Assembly: GCA_965178125.1 (NCBI GenBank)
Contig: OZ237764.1
Coordinates: forward strand, 744,001 to 808,000
Direction: 5' to 3'
Length of the DNA stretch: 64,000 nucleotides
Origin: Bilabrum cf. latius
Taxonomy: Eukaryota
Part shown: piece after piece, positions 23,846 to 36,881 of the stretch
Numbering within the stretch: the stretch's first letter is position 1
How the letters are laid out: each line of letters begins with the position of its first letter
Notes under the pieces: generated by a model
The model's database searches: none
What the model saw: only the letters and a program-made list of their open reading frames with translations
What the model was told of the DNA's origin: nothing
Translations under genes and position numbers: made by a program

Positions 23846-24868
23846 TTACGAGCTGGCCCCACCGGAAGCACCGCCCCCTGCACCATCTGCACCCCCATCA
23901 TGATCAAGCTCAGCCAGTCCCCCCTCCTTCACGAACGCTTCATGAAGCTTCCTTCTAGCCGTAGTGTCCTCCACCGTCCGCCGAGCACACACGGTAGCCC
24001 CCGGCACACCCGTCGCTTTGCTCCGCAGTGCAGCCAGGGCTTCCTCGCCGAAGTTGCGACCGATCGCGTCCCGCACAGAGGCGCACCCCTCGGGCAGCGG
24101 GTCGGGCACCGTCAGGGCGGCGTCCCACGGGGGGAAATCGAGAGGCAGATGATCCGGGGCACACCCGGGCTTCTAAAGCGGGATGACGGCGTCCAGGCCT
24201 TTGGTGCATCGCACAGCAGCGAGGATAGCACCGGCCAGCAGCCGGCCCGCCGCCCCGCCGCCGAGGTGCAGGCCATCGAAGAGCAGCTGCTTCCACTGGT
24301 CCCCGTCGCTCCCGGCACTGGCACTGCCACCCGAAGCTGCAGGTGCCGAAGTTGATTCTTCGGGAGAGTCTGGTTTCCACGACATGAACAGAGACATGGT
24401 GTCGACGAAAGCAGCGCCCAGCTTGGCTGCGACCCGGCCGGCGGCTGCCGCGTACCGCGCTGCTCGCTCGTTGCTCCGGTCCGCCCAGTCTTCTTGCTCC
24501 ACCGGCGGCGGAGCCACGATAACCAAGTGTCGGCAGACAGATGCGAGCATCCTTCTACCTAGCTCTTCCAAGTTCGCTTCGTACTCTACCAGTGGGACCC
24601 CTTGGAGTTTGTTTTCAGCTCCGTCGTTAGCACCCAGGAACAAAGTCGCGACCAGTGCCTTCTCGGCGTCCGGGGTATCAGTCCTGAATAACTTTGGAAA
24701 CATGGATAGCGCTGTTCGTGTGGTGTATCCACTGAAACCGTAGTTCAGAACGTCTGCCTTCCGCTGGTAGTGGTTAGCAAGGACTGCACCCCACCCCCCT
24801 TCAATGAAAGACATTTGCGTGATGGAGTCGCCGAATAGAACAACTTTGGGGCGATTGAACGCGAACAT
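23846..24868 (-). CDS. IAH1: SGNH/GDSL esterase, isoamyl acetate-hydrolyzing esterase 1-like
   Basis: LFGDSITQ, GFSGYTTR, GAND and DGLH motifs. The C-terminal LPLDFPPW motif lies beyond in-frame TAG 24173; ends TAA 23846-23848. Confidence 0.85.
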
Positions 24869-24991
24869 GCAGGACCTCGGATGCGTAGGAGTTTCGTTGT
24901 GAGTGCATCCCGGCTCGGTTGGTCATCGAATGTGGATCCGAGTTGCACACGAACTGACGCCACATATCTGCTTTAAGGAGACAAAAAAGGA

Positions 24992-26124
24992 ATGGCGTCT
25001 CTGACCGGTGTGATCACTGCGGATACCAGCATGCTGAGCGTGAGCGAACACATCTACGCAAGCCTCTAAAGGATGCATCAAATAGCAATCTCTGCTCTGC
25101 CTCGGTCGCGGCCATTCGTGCGCAGTCAACGCTCACTGAGAGCTTAGTCTTGCAACGGTCACGCTAGCCGTCGCTTGATTAGGTCGTAAAACTTAACATG
25201 TGGGGCGCTGGGCTCTCTAATGTAGACGTTCTGGCGCTGTGCGACAACGCTGAAGTTTTGAGTTTGTCTTTGAATCGTATAAGTTCGATCAAGCCTTTCA
25301 GCAGCTGTAAGAACCTTCGAGAGCTGTACCTTAGAAAGAACATAGTCGATGATCTGTCCGAGTTGGGACACCTATGCGGGCTAGAACAGCTCCGCATCCT
25401 GTGGCTAGTTTCGAATCCGTGCGCCGACCGGGACCCCGAGCTATACAGAGAGGTCGCCCTCCGGCTGCTGCCAACGCTCGAGCGGCTAGACAGCACGGTT
25501 ATTACCGTGGAAGAGCGCCAGAGAATCGCCTCCATCGCTCCTTCCACGGCCGCGGCCGAAGTGATCGCCAAGGCCCACGCCCTCGCTGGACCGACCGCCA
25601 CCGCCACCTCCAAGCGACTGACAGCGTCGATCCGGGAAGTTGTCGACGCCGCGGACAAAGAGCCAGGGGCAGTGGCTAGCGGGGCCGCTGGCGGCTCTGG
25701 GGACCAGACCGAAGCCAAGGAGGAGCAATTAGGTTCCGGATCCAAGACGGCGGATCCCTCGTCTGCTCGCGCGGGTGGGGGAGCCGGCGGGTCCGGGTCA
25801 GGGCGCCCCGGTCGTGTGACGAGTGATGGTGTGACGAGTGGCACGCGGGCCAGCGCCGACAGCGCATCGAGCAGCAGCCCCAGCAAGCGCGGTGCGGCTG
25901 CGCGACGGAACATATCTGCGCGGCGCCGCGCGGGTGCCACGTAGAGCCGTATCCTCACCGCTGTTCTGACCTTGCTGGCAGAACTGGACGGGGATGGGCT
26001 GCGCATGGTGCAGGAAAAATGCGAAGAGCTGCAAGAGGAGCAGGAGGGGGGCGGGGTGGATGGCGGGAGCAAGGGCGCTTCGCCGTCAGTTGCACGTACG
26101 AGGGGCGGGGCGGGAGGCAGGTAA
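24992..26124 (+). CDS. CFAP410: Leucine-rich-repeat ciliary protein CFAP410/C21orf2-like
   Basis: LTESLVLQ...KLNMWG, LSLSLNRI, LRELYLRKN, NPC; C-terminal ILTAVLTLLAELD motif follows TAG 25942. Further TAG at 25165 and 25180; intron 25040-25125; ends TAA 26122-26124. Confidence 0.8.
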
Positions 26125-26511
26125 AGGTACTGGTATGTGGATTGAAATGTTGTTTTAGACCTGGTCGTTGTGTTTGCTTTAGATGAAATCACATAGAACC
26201 CGCGCGCCTGCTGCTGTTCCAGTGCACGGAAAATTGTGGCCCGTCTGCTACGTAGCCTACGCTCGTCACCATCCCCCGCGAAGGACGAGTCCGGCCAACG
26301 GCGCTTGACTCGAGCTATCCCAAGCGAGAGCTGCGGATCCCACGCTCAAAGAGGGTCTTGCCAGAGGAAGAGGGGCAGTGGAAGCGCTTCTCGCTCCGAG
26401 TCACCAGCATCTAGGCTGTTTAGCATAATAGTGGACGGAGCTGCAGCTGCACATGACCTGCAAGAAGCCTCCTGCTCTGCTCAGGCAACTCGACTCGTCC
26501 TGCAGCCTCTG

Positions 26512-26587
26512 CACCTGATCCCGCCAGCTGCATCTGCTCCCGCCGGCTGCATCTGCTCCCGCCAGCTGTACCTGATCCCGCCAGGGG
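26512..26587. repeat. Four imperfect 19-bp tandem repeats, intergenic
   Basis: Unit approximately CA(C/T)CTG(A/C)TCCCGCC(A/G)GCTG, visible directly. Confidence 0.7.
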
Positions 26588-26907
26588 ACCCGGTGATGAG
26601 GGAAGCAGACCAGCTGGTGCCCTCGTGGCATCAAATGCAGTATCGAGATCATCCCACCCTGCACAGCCATCTATTGTGCACATCATCGCTAGCCGGTCAT
26701 AGCAATGCAACGCAGGGCCCGCGGGCAGACGCAGCGTTGGAGGACAGCTGGCAATGGGCAAGCGAGTTCTCTTGGGGACAAGAAGGCAAGTAGGACAAAT
26801 ATGCCGTCGCTTTTCGTTGGCGGGGCCGTCGCTCAGCCACTCCAGATCCAGAGCCGAGTTCCGGACCCTGCATGGAACTTATGACGTTTGGCCGTACTTG
26901 CTGGGAG

Positions 26908-29900
26908 TTAGCGATAGCACTGCACGCGCACAATAGCCGCAAGCGATACCAGCACGTGCACAATCACGACTGGCACTGCAACACCCAGCTCCTGCAGCCG
27001 CTGCATACCGACTAGCCTCGGATCCAGACCATACACAGCCGCAGCCCCCGAGTCATGCAGAGCAGATCGCACGAGCACATTGGACCCCACCTCACTGTTC
27101 GATGCGATGGCAAGCGCACCCAGCGAGCACTGCTCCCAGCCGCATATGCCCAGCACGCAAACACATGCCCAAGCCACCACAGCCAACACCCCGATATCTT
27201 CGAGTGCTCGCATCCACCATCCCGTGCGGTGCACGTACTTCACGTGCAGGTCGAGCTGCAGCTGAAACTTGGATCGGGCGGCAGATCTTCTGTTGCGGCC
27301 GTCGGTGTGCACGGATGAGACTGTCTCTGCATCGCTATTGAGGGTCATCCCCCCAGCAGGAGGCCCTTGGGTTCCGGGTTGGCTTTCAGCACCGCGAAGC
27401 CAGCTTGTGCCTTTGGGCGTGCCGATACCTTCCTCGGCCTGCCCAGCTTCAGTTGGGCTTGGGCTTGCTGTGGAGTGCTTGCTGCTATCAGCTTGCAGCA
27501 GCGGTACATGCAAGGATGTGTCCTTAGTTGCGAGCTCATCTTCGAAGGCTATCTCTGCAGCGACGCACTGGACTTCCCATGACAACACGGTGAAGCCCTG
27601 AATGATAGCGCTGAGTGATGGTGATGTTGCCAGTAGCCTGGCAATGCTGCTCACTGGCCTGCCACGGATGGTGCTTTGACTGCCAACTGGAATCCAGGGG
27701 CTCTCGCTTGCACTAGACAGCAGCGACGGGTGGAATGACACAGCTTTGGGTGACGCGCGGCTTGATGACTCTCTGACTCCGCGAATTGCTTCTCTGGTCG
27801 GCCGTTGTATGACCTCAGAGTTCGGCTCACGCAGTAGCCACACCCTGCGCGTTGCCGCTTGATTACCGCTGCCGACTGCCTGCTTGAGCTTCTGCGGCTC
27901 CTTTCTATTGCTTATCAAGGACTCTTTATCACTGCAAACCTTCACTTCAGCTGAGTCAAGCGTCCCCTAGGGTCCTGGGTCACCACCTTCAGATCGGGCA
28001 GAAGAGGGGATTCCGAAGGAGCTGGTATCATCGTAAGAATGCGAGCTCGTTGTCGCGCCCTCCTAAAACGTATCCTCCTCGTTGGAACATGCTAGCCGAA
28101 CCACTGGTATTCGACGAAGCCCGTGATCAGAGTCCTACCCCATTGCATGGCTCGTGACATTCGGCCGAGATGAGGTACCACCGCCTTGCACTTGCTCCGA
28201 GCTTGCAGCGCTCCCATCGGGCATTGCCTCTACATCGTAACCCGGGTCGGAACCTTTGGCCCCTCTTGTGTCTAGTTTGGTGGGGTCATCTGCCGGTTGC
28301 TATCGCCCTGCGTCTAAATCCTTCCCGTCGTCACCAGCTCGCGTGCCAGCGACTGCCCCTGAGCTTTGTACCATTCTAAGCAGACCCCCACTACTTGTCG
28401 AATCATTGCCTGCCACAGCACCGGAAACCACAACCGCGATGCCGTCGTCGCTAGCGACAGAGTCCCCGGACGCACCCTCAGATTGGCCAGTGTCGCTCTG
28501 TGTGCTCACGTCCAGCTGCGTGCTGGTTCGAACCACACGGTCAGGCTCGGGCATGACGCCTCGAGGAATGGGCGGCACATTCACACTCGTAGTACTCTCT
28601 TCACGAGAAAAGAACGGCGGGCCCGGCATGAGCTCAGGCTCTGTCCAATCGGAATCCAGAGAGGCTGCCTGGCCGTGCTTCCGCAGCGAGATGGCAGGCT
28701 GATCCCCCCTCTTTGCGAGCGCACCGTGTTGCCATGCACCTGTAGCATCACTCTGCAGCCGCCGATGGCGAGAACGGGCATACATCATGCCTACGTTCTT
28801 TCCACGCGATTCCGGGTGTCGGACGGTGATTCTGCAGCACAGAACAGGACACAGCATAGCAGTCGCCCGGTTTGACCCGCCCGTCATCGTATCATCCAGA
28901 AGGACTGCAGTGCCACCAAGCAAATCCCAGTGCAGAGCCAGTACCATAATCAAGCGTATCAGCACAAACAATATCATCCATATTGCCAGAGCAAGTGAAG
29001 CGAGAGTGCAATTCGCGTACGATAAAGCAGCCACCAGCACCCAGACCCAAGCTAGCCGCTGCAGCAACAACCAAGTCACAACCATATGCTCAACAGATCG
29101 CGCCTTGCATGCTTTGCATCTCATGCATACTCCTAGCACAACTGCAAATAGGGACGTCGCGACCAACACTATCTACGGAACACCACGTCCACTGCGTATC
29201 CATGTGAACACGTGTTGGATGCACGTATCGCCGTTCCTGTTACCAACGATGCAGGGAAGTACCACACGGTACTGCACCGTTGATGCATCCACAGCCAGCA
29301 GCCAGGTCCCGCCCTCACTCCCTGGACGCATCCCGCGCAAGGTGGCTGCAAGTCGCTGTGCTACAGCACCTGCCGACCGCGCCCGCTGCATCAGTAGGTT
29401 CTCCTACTCTCGCTCATTCGGTCCCACAGCCCCATGCAGGCTAACAGGGAAGATGTCTGCCCTCACTGTGATGCGCATCAGCAGCTGCGGTGCGGGCGTG
29501 CAAAGCGTGCTGTTCCACACCAGTGGATCCAAGGGATCTTGAGTGCCGATGGCTTGCACAGCCAGCACGTCCGTTCTCCACACGCGGTCGGAAGACTCAT
29601 CGCCTGCTAGGTCCATTAAGTCGTCGCGGACATCCTGCAACATCCAATCCAGCTGCTATCGGCCCGGTGATGGGTATGCGAGGCCAGGGGCTGCGTCCGG
29701 ACCATAGAACTCGGCGTTCGCCTGGGCCGGAAGCCACGCGTTCCTATCAAACACGAGGTCAAACTGGAGCTGCCCGCGGCCCACCGGCTCCCGGGCGGCC
29801 CAGGGCTCGTTGTATCCCAGCACGCGCCAGGACGGCGATGGCTTTGACTCTGGCAGGCACTGCATGGCAGGAGTGGCGGTGCGACCGCCTGCGAGGTCGT

Positions 29901-32101
29901 ACTTTGGGAACCCAGGCTGAATGTCACCGGGATTCCAGCCCGCGGCAATGGGCACGCGCATCGGCGCCCGGCTCAGCTGATCGGTTTGCAGCATGCGCGG
30001 TGACTGGCGGAGCACTGGGTGCCCGATCCACGAGGCATACCACACCCGGACAATGCTGGCAACTTGCTTCCAGCCATTGGTGGTCTTGCCTGCTTCGGGT
30101 GCCTCAATCCCTGGATCGACAGCAATACGCGCCACGTCGTCGCATGTAGCGACGCACACTGGCCTTCCAACGAAATTCCCGACCTTGCTCGATCGATGGC
30201 AGACCCACGTGCCGTGCCGTATGGTTGGCAAAGAGGCGTTTGGGTGAGGCGGGTATGTTCTGCTTGTCCGAGCCCCGCGATACATGGCCAACGGACCAGT
30301 CACTCCGTACTCCCACGCCTGGATGCCGAGATCACTCGTCACATTGGGAGCTGGCACATCCATAACTCGTCGCGTGTCGAGGATAACCTCATAATTGTTC
30401 GTTAGGTTGGACGGGGTGCCTGGTGGCACGGGGAAGCGCCCGCGAACGGCCGGTATGGTCAAACGATCATGCGGAGTGTACCGTCTGCCAACACTGTACT
30501 GTCCGGCTATTCCAAGCCCCCTAGAGTTTTGCGAGGCAGGCAGGTCAATCGGCACAATGTCAGTGTTGGAGGCGTCATGATTAACGTTGTAAAGCGGAGC
30601 GCAGCCGATCCGCACTCGCGACACGGGGGCATTGACTTCCTCCGTCTTGCCGTACTCCTCCAGAATATCACCCAGATATGGATTTGACTGCCAGGTTGCG
30701 TTGCCGACGTTTGGACGGCAAGACCGTTGCGCAACGCACTCGGGATCATCTAGCAGTACCCTGGGAATGTCGTGGGTGAAGTAGTTGATGCAATCCAGCC
30801 GAGTCGCGGATGTGCCATTCAGTCTCGCCATAATACCGTTGGTCGGAGTGTCCAGCACGATGGAGATGATATGCCCTCGATTCACGCGCCAGCTGTAGTC
30901 AGGACTGTCTCCCTTCACAGGCGATCTCCGACTCAATGGTAGAACTGCCACGGTACCGGGGGGATACACTGTCATGACGGTCTGGTGCCAGCGAGGCGTC
31001 GGAGCGTACGCCTTCACGTTGCTCCTTTGAGTCAGCGGAGCTGCGATAACGGCTGATGCCTGCACCGTGATTCGGGTCATTGTAGGGGGTTCCGGTGTCT
31101 CGAAAGAGTCCAAATTGGGACCGTCATACCTCTTGCAGCTGGAACTGGTCCCGTTGTCGTGTTGCTTCCCTGACAGTGAGGTGGAGTCAGGCTCTGCACG
31201 TGCACGTTGTTGGCCTGAAGGAGAATGCGAGTCGTTTGGACTCATGGGAGTACCTGTAGAGGTATTGCCAAGCTATCCGGCGGCCATAGTCCCACTAACG
31301 GCTGACGGCCGCGGCCACACTGTCAGCTGAGTCACCCGCGATGGTCATGTTGAACGGGGTTGTCTTCGAGTCGTAGATGGACCTGGGACACACCGCAAAT
31401 GACATCCACACACGAATCGATACATAGCCGTCCATGACTCGGAGCCGGAACACGGAGTCTGCGTAGGGAAAGCTCCTCTGGAACACCGTCCGCGGGGCGA
31501 AGCCCTCTCTCAAACCCCCACTGGCCTTGCTAGGAGTCGTGAGGTACACCTGGGGCGAGTCGAAGTAGGTGTCCCATGTACCCTGATTGTTGACTATTGC
31601 AAACCACTGCTCAACCGTCCACGGCTCTGCCGAACGGAACGGGAGCCGAAGAGCGGCTCGCTCTGGCTGGAAACCGAGGTGGGCGGGCATCTCCTGGGGT
31701 GTTGCCAGTGCCGCGCCTGCGTAGCCCACGGATGGAGACATACCATTGAGATATGATAGTTGATTTTGTTCCGAGGCTGGATCTTCGCTCGAGGGGGAAG
31801 CTGCTACAGCCAGAGCAGGCTGGCTCGGCATCCCGGGTCCAATCGGCCAGCAGAATCTGTAGTTTGCTCTCGATTGGTACGTGCCGACTTCCCATCCTTC
31901 CCATGCACGTCTTACCATCTGGCACGATGTCGATGCGTTTTCTGTTCGAAGAACTGAGTTTGATGCGTTCAGGATGCGGTTTCGTTTGCAGCAATCGGGG
32001 CAAATGCCTAGCTCCCTCGGTGATCCAGGTCCAAACCACGTATCTGCGACGGGAAACGGGATGTGCAAGCCCACAGACACAATGAATAGTAATAAAAACA
32101 T
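26908..32101 (-). CDS. Very large (~1700 aa) signal-peptide, multi-TM protein of unknown function; one frameshift near 31335
   Basis: Single frame 26908-31344 with 8 TAG (27967, 28063, 28135, 28300, 29173, 29404, 29656, 31273) and no internal TAA/TGA. Signal peptide at 32101 is in an adjacent frame. Ends TAA 26908-26910. Confidence 0.65.
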
Positions 32102-32592
32102 GCAATGCTGTTCCTTAGCAGCGATTGTCCCTTATTTTGAGGTCAACAACAGGAAATCTAGAGCAGACCTGATCATAGCCTCTTACTATTGCACCACACA
32201 CCGATCATTGCTTCATTTGAATTGGACAGGTGTTCTGAGCCGCTACCTACACTTATCTGAGGGATTGCTTCGATAATACCGTGCTAGATAGACCCTTGTT
32301 TGAGAGTGTATGCTCGGGCTAGCACCACGAACAGTGCTGACATGCCAACGATCAGCGCCTTTAATGTTGCCGTTCGCATTACAAAAGATGTGCAAATCAG
32401 TTTGTCGTAAAATCGCTGCAATGTCAAAGTGGCTCGGAAGTGTATGATCGACCACCCACACAGGCGCGTCGCAAACCGTGGTCGCAGGCCGTTCCCGTCG
32501 TCACACCGATCGGATCCTGACGCGAGTATCCATGGATAGTGTGCGCGCACCACATGAAACAAGGCCGCTACGCTGATCTGATCCCTCAGTTA

Positions 32593-35500
32593 TCAATCTC
32601 TCTCGAACAGCGCAACAAGCTCACAGTGCTCCGTATGCGGGAACATGTCCACAGGTACCACACGCACCAAACGAAACGGATCTCCCCGAATCAGGCTCTT
32701 GCGGCTGCTTGTCGCAAGTTTGCACAGCCTGATCGTGTCCTGCACAAAAGAGCCCGTGGGATTGCACGACACGTACACCAGCCTGCGGACGGACCGCAGC
32801 TGCCGGATGGCCGTGATGACCTGGGGGTGCAGCCCACTGCGGGGCGGGTCCACCACCGCCACAACCCGGCTACCGGCAGGGGGTACGAATACTTCAGGCT
32901 CCGAGTCAACGCTGGGAATAGCAGTCGCAGCTACGGCGCCAGACGTGGCGGCCGACTCTGATCCAGGTGATGACACTCCATCTGCCCCGCCGGCAGCGCC
33001 GGCCATGGGCATCAGACCCATCCTAATCGCCCGCTGAGCCGCCTCTTTTCGCTTCTGCTCTGCTTCTCTCCAGAACTGGAGGGTCTGTGACGAGTGCTCA
33101 CTCCCGCTCCTCCGGTCCCCTGCGTTGGCGAACGCGCCCAGCTGCCCCGCCACATCCTCCGCCTTGCTCGCGATGAAGGCCGCACTCGTCACACCCGCAA
33201 CGGCCGCGTTGACCCACGCGTCCTCGATCGCCTGCTCGCTGATGTCCACCCCGATCACCGCCTGCACCTCCCGGGCGAGGCCCAGCCCGATCGCACCCGT
33301 GCCGCAGCACACGTCCAGCAGCACAGTGGGCTGCACCTTCTGCTCCTCTCCTCCCTCAACACCATCCACTCCAGGCTCCGATCGGATCACCGCAGTCGCC
33401 GCAGATGCCTCACCGAACCTGTCGCCCCCCTCCACGTCAAGATCACCCGAGCGCACGAAGGACCCGGCGATTCCGAAGAGACGGGCCGCGCCGGGCGCGT
33501 TCGTCTGGAAGAACGCGCCCGGGCTAACCCGGAACTGCTGCCCCCTCAGCGTCTCCACCACGTGCCCGCTCCCGGCCAGCGTCACGAAGTCGGCGTCTCC
33601 AGCCGTCTGCATGACGTGGTTGGCGGGGGCAAAGTGGGCGATGACGCCCGTCACGCGGACCGGCGAGGCCTCCAGCTTGGTCGGGGACTCGCCGGGTGTG
33701 ACGAGCGCGGCCCTCCGCAGCTCGATAGGCCCCACCGTGGGGGCGCCGGTGACCCTCAGGAACTCCTCGGGGGGCTCCTCCAGGTACCCCCCGGGTGATT
33801 GCGCGGCGACCTATGGTTCCGCAGCGCCTGCGTCCGACTCCATCGGGGCCTGCCCCTTGGATCCAGTGGGTTGGGTTGTTCCTTGGCTTGTTGCCTCGGC
33901 TGATACCGCTGCCTCGTCTGTCTGCTCCGCTTGTCCGCCACTGCTGCTGCTACTGCTGCTGCTGCCTGCTGGGTTTGTGAAACTATGGGACTCTCCCCTG
34001 CTGCTACTGCTGCCTGCTGATACCTCCGTGCGCGCCCTCTTGGCAGCGGGCTGGGTGTCACTCTCCCCGGTTTGACCACTCTGGCTAGGCGTACCCTGAT
34101 GGCCGGTCGGGCCTTGCTTGCTCGAGCTGGGGCCCTCAGCAACTGCCCCTGCCCCTGCCCCTGCCCCTGCCCCTGCCCCTGCTTCTGCCTCGCCCTTTGC
34201 AGCCCTTGCTCTCGCCTCCTCCTCAGCCCGGCGATTGGCGGCCTTCGCCTCCTCGTTCTCTCGCATGAGGCGGAGGATGCCACAGTTGCTCTCGGAGGGA
34301 ACAGGGGCGGGGCAGCAATCCACCGGTGGATGCGGTATTTCCATCAGCGCTTTGGCCACCCTCTCCAGCTCGGGCATCACCTCCTCAGCCGTGGGGATGT
34401 GATGTGCCTCGCCACCGCCCGGCTATCCTGGGGCCGGGACTGCCACGCCTGCGGCAGAGACCGGTGCTGTGGCAGGAGCTGCAGCAGAGGTAGCGGGGCC
34501 AGAGGAAACGGCACTCGATGAAGATGCCGCTGATGAAGACGGCGCCGAAGAAGGTGATACGTCAGAACCAGCTGATGGTGCCGCCGCACCCCCGGTCTCT
34601 TTGCCCACCCTCTGTTCCCCGGAAGCAGCCACCGGTGCGTGTGCCCTCACGTGCAGCACCACGAGCACCCCACCGGATGCACCCTCCGTTGTCCTGATCG
34701 TGGCCTGCCTCCAGAACCCAGTGCTGGCCGTGTCGTCGCTCGGTTCCAGAGGGGAGGCCTCGAGCAGCTGCTCCAGCGTGGCAAGCACTGCCTTGGCCTC
34801 CCAGGGGGTGGGCAAAGTGGACGCAGCGCTCACCACGGGGGCCTGGGAAGTCCCATCGTGCGTTCCGCTGCGGTACCCCACGACCATTCTCCGGCCCGCG
34901 GCATGCTCTGCGGAACCGGTGCGCGGCGCCTCGATGGAGAAGGAGCACTTGTTCCTTGTGCCAACGAGGTGCGGCGAGGGGACGATCCGGAGCATCTCCA
35001 CGTTGCAGCCGATGTCCATGCGGGAGCGAAGCGAGGCCGCCTCGAGAGTCAGCGGGCCCGTGCCCGAGGATCCACCGGTGGATTGGGCCTTGGCTGCAGC
35101 CGTTGCTGTTGCTGCCGATGAAGATGAGGATGAGGACGAGGGTGATACTCCACTGGCACCACCACTGGCGGCAACTGCCCCCGCCGTTTCCCCTGCCCCC
35201 GCATGTGCACGTGCCTTTGCCTTTTCGCGCTCTCTCGCGGCCAGTTCTTGCGCGGGCACGAACGTGAACCGCTCCTTAAGCCACTCGGGCAGCTGCTCCT
35301 CTGCCTCCCTAGGCTTCAGGTTGAGCTGCCTGCGGGTCTGGTCCAGGACCTCGAGCCGGAGCTTGCGGAGCATCTTCTTGAGGGCGCGCCGGACGCCCGC
35401 CGACTTGATCCTGAGCTGGTCGTCGTAGGGGCGCCCCCACAGCGGGGTTATAGCGTCGTGCAGGCTTAGTTTGGGGGCCTCGCTCATGTTTTTGATCGGA

Positions 35501-35985
35501 ATTCGTTTCGGGCCAGGGCCCCTAGAATCGTCCCTGGACCGCTTCCGACGCTGCTGCGCCTTCTATGACCGCTCTTTCTTCACCACCTAGCGTGCGCTCA
35601 GGCTTCCACGTGCACCTTTTGCGGTCAAACGGACACCATGCAGTTTTTCGGCGCCAGCTTTGGCATTTTCTGAGCTGTCATAGTTGATGAACGCCGAGTA
35701 CTTCTTCATCTACTTTTCCACAGAAGAAATGCCATCTCCAGCGAGTGGGACGATATACTCCTGTACTTTCTTCTTGCTCCAAAATTGAGGTACGCCAGTT
35801 ACTAGTACAGTCTTGCTGTCAGCAGCATCTTTGTCCTGATCTCTACTCGAGGAAGAACCCTAACTCTTTGGTGATGATGGGCCGGTCAACTGCGATCCGC
35901 GAGGCGAAGATGAATCCCCCGCAGACATTGCAGCACTGGCACCATCTGCTGCTGCAACCATGGCTTTCTTCTACTCGCCCTCCAT
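32593..35985 (-). CDS. TRMT2A: tRNA (uracil-5-)-methyltransferase TRMT2A-like with N-terminal RRM
   Basis: [57 protein letters not shown]. The RRM (KTVLVTGVP...SAFINY) appears only on TAG readthrough. TAG at 33811, 34423, 35563, 35587, 35710, 35860, 35971; ends TGA 32593-32595. Confidence 0.9.
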
Positions 35986-36088
35986 TGGGTCCCTGCTATC
36001 AATCTGCCAAACCGCAAAGTTGCACCGCTTGTGCGGCTCCGAGTTTAGCTCCAAGACGCGGACAAAATTGCATTCAGCTCCTGGACTG

Positions 36089-36724
36089 ATGGCACTCCTC
36101 CACTTGGCGACAGTTCCGCTGGCTATAGCAGGCGTGTGGTACCTCGGCAGGGGGGCTGAAGCGTCTGGGAAGCTCATGTATGTCGTCTCGCGAGGCGCAC
36201 TCGAGGTGAAGGGATACGATTGGGAGCACAGCAGGGTGGATTGGAAGTCTATCAAGTTCGGTGTGCGACCTGCAGTATTGTTAGCTTCATTAGGGGTAGC
36301 GAAGGTGGCAGACACCTCGTTACGGCGATACTTGATAGCTCCTACACGGCTAATCAATGCCCAGTTAGCGGAACGAGTGTGGCGGGACGCCTTTTTGCAG
36401 CGGAAGCTTACATTAAGGGAAGCTTGGAAGAGTCTTGGGCCAAGCGCGACGAATCCATCCATCATGCAGTTTGTGCGGCGGCATGGAGCCAGGCTTGCGA
36501 TTGGGGGGGTCTCCATCATTTGCGGTGGGATTTTCTTCTCCTTGACCTTGCCGTACCTGGAGGCCCCGTTTGTAGTGAAAGGCAAGCCAGTCATTGACAT
36601 GCAACGGGCTAGGAATAGGCAATTCAAGCGAGAACGCAACGAGCGGATATTGGAAGAGGGCAAGGAGCAGGGCGGATACAAGAAGGAGCACGCCATGTCG
36701 AGCCGAGTTGGCCCGTCTGGGTGA
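36089..36724 (+). CDS. Small hypothetical membrane protein (~211 aa)
   Basis: Open frame with three hydrophobic segments, divergent from TRMT2A; ends TGA 36722-36724. The only model here without a TAG. Confidence 0.55.
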   Translation: MALLHLATVPLAIAGVWYLGRGAEASGKLMYVVSRGALEVKGYDWEHSRVDWKSIKFGVRPAVLLASLGVAKVADTSLRRYLIAPTRLINAQLAERVWRDAFLQRKLTLREAWKSLGPSATNPSIMQFVRRHGARLAIGGVSIICGGIFFSLTLPYLEAPFVVKGKPVIDMQRARNRQFKRERNERILEEGKEQGGYKKEHAMSSRVGPSG

Positions 36725-36881
36725 CTGGAATCCTTTGGTGAATGCATGTTGAACAGATCCCAGTGCGACGGAAATGTAGAGTTAGACATAACGACTGGAG
36801 CGATCGGCCGCCCTTTCGTACACGTACATGCAACCTAGAACCGGTCCAACGGAGACCCGCGCCACTGCCCCTGTTCACTGT

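Noticed and set aside
34145-34180. (GCCCCT)n hexamer repeat as a telomeric or regulatory repeat
   Set aside because: It simply encodes an Ala-Gly run inside TRMT2A.
35960-36088. ORF-track start at 35960 for the + strand membrane protein
   Set aside because: It would overlap the recoded TRMT2A 5' end; ATG 36089 is more plausible.
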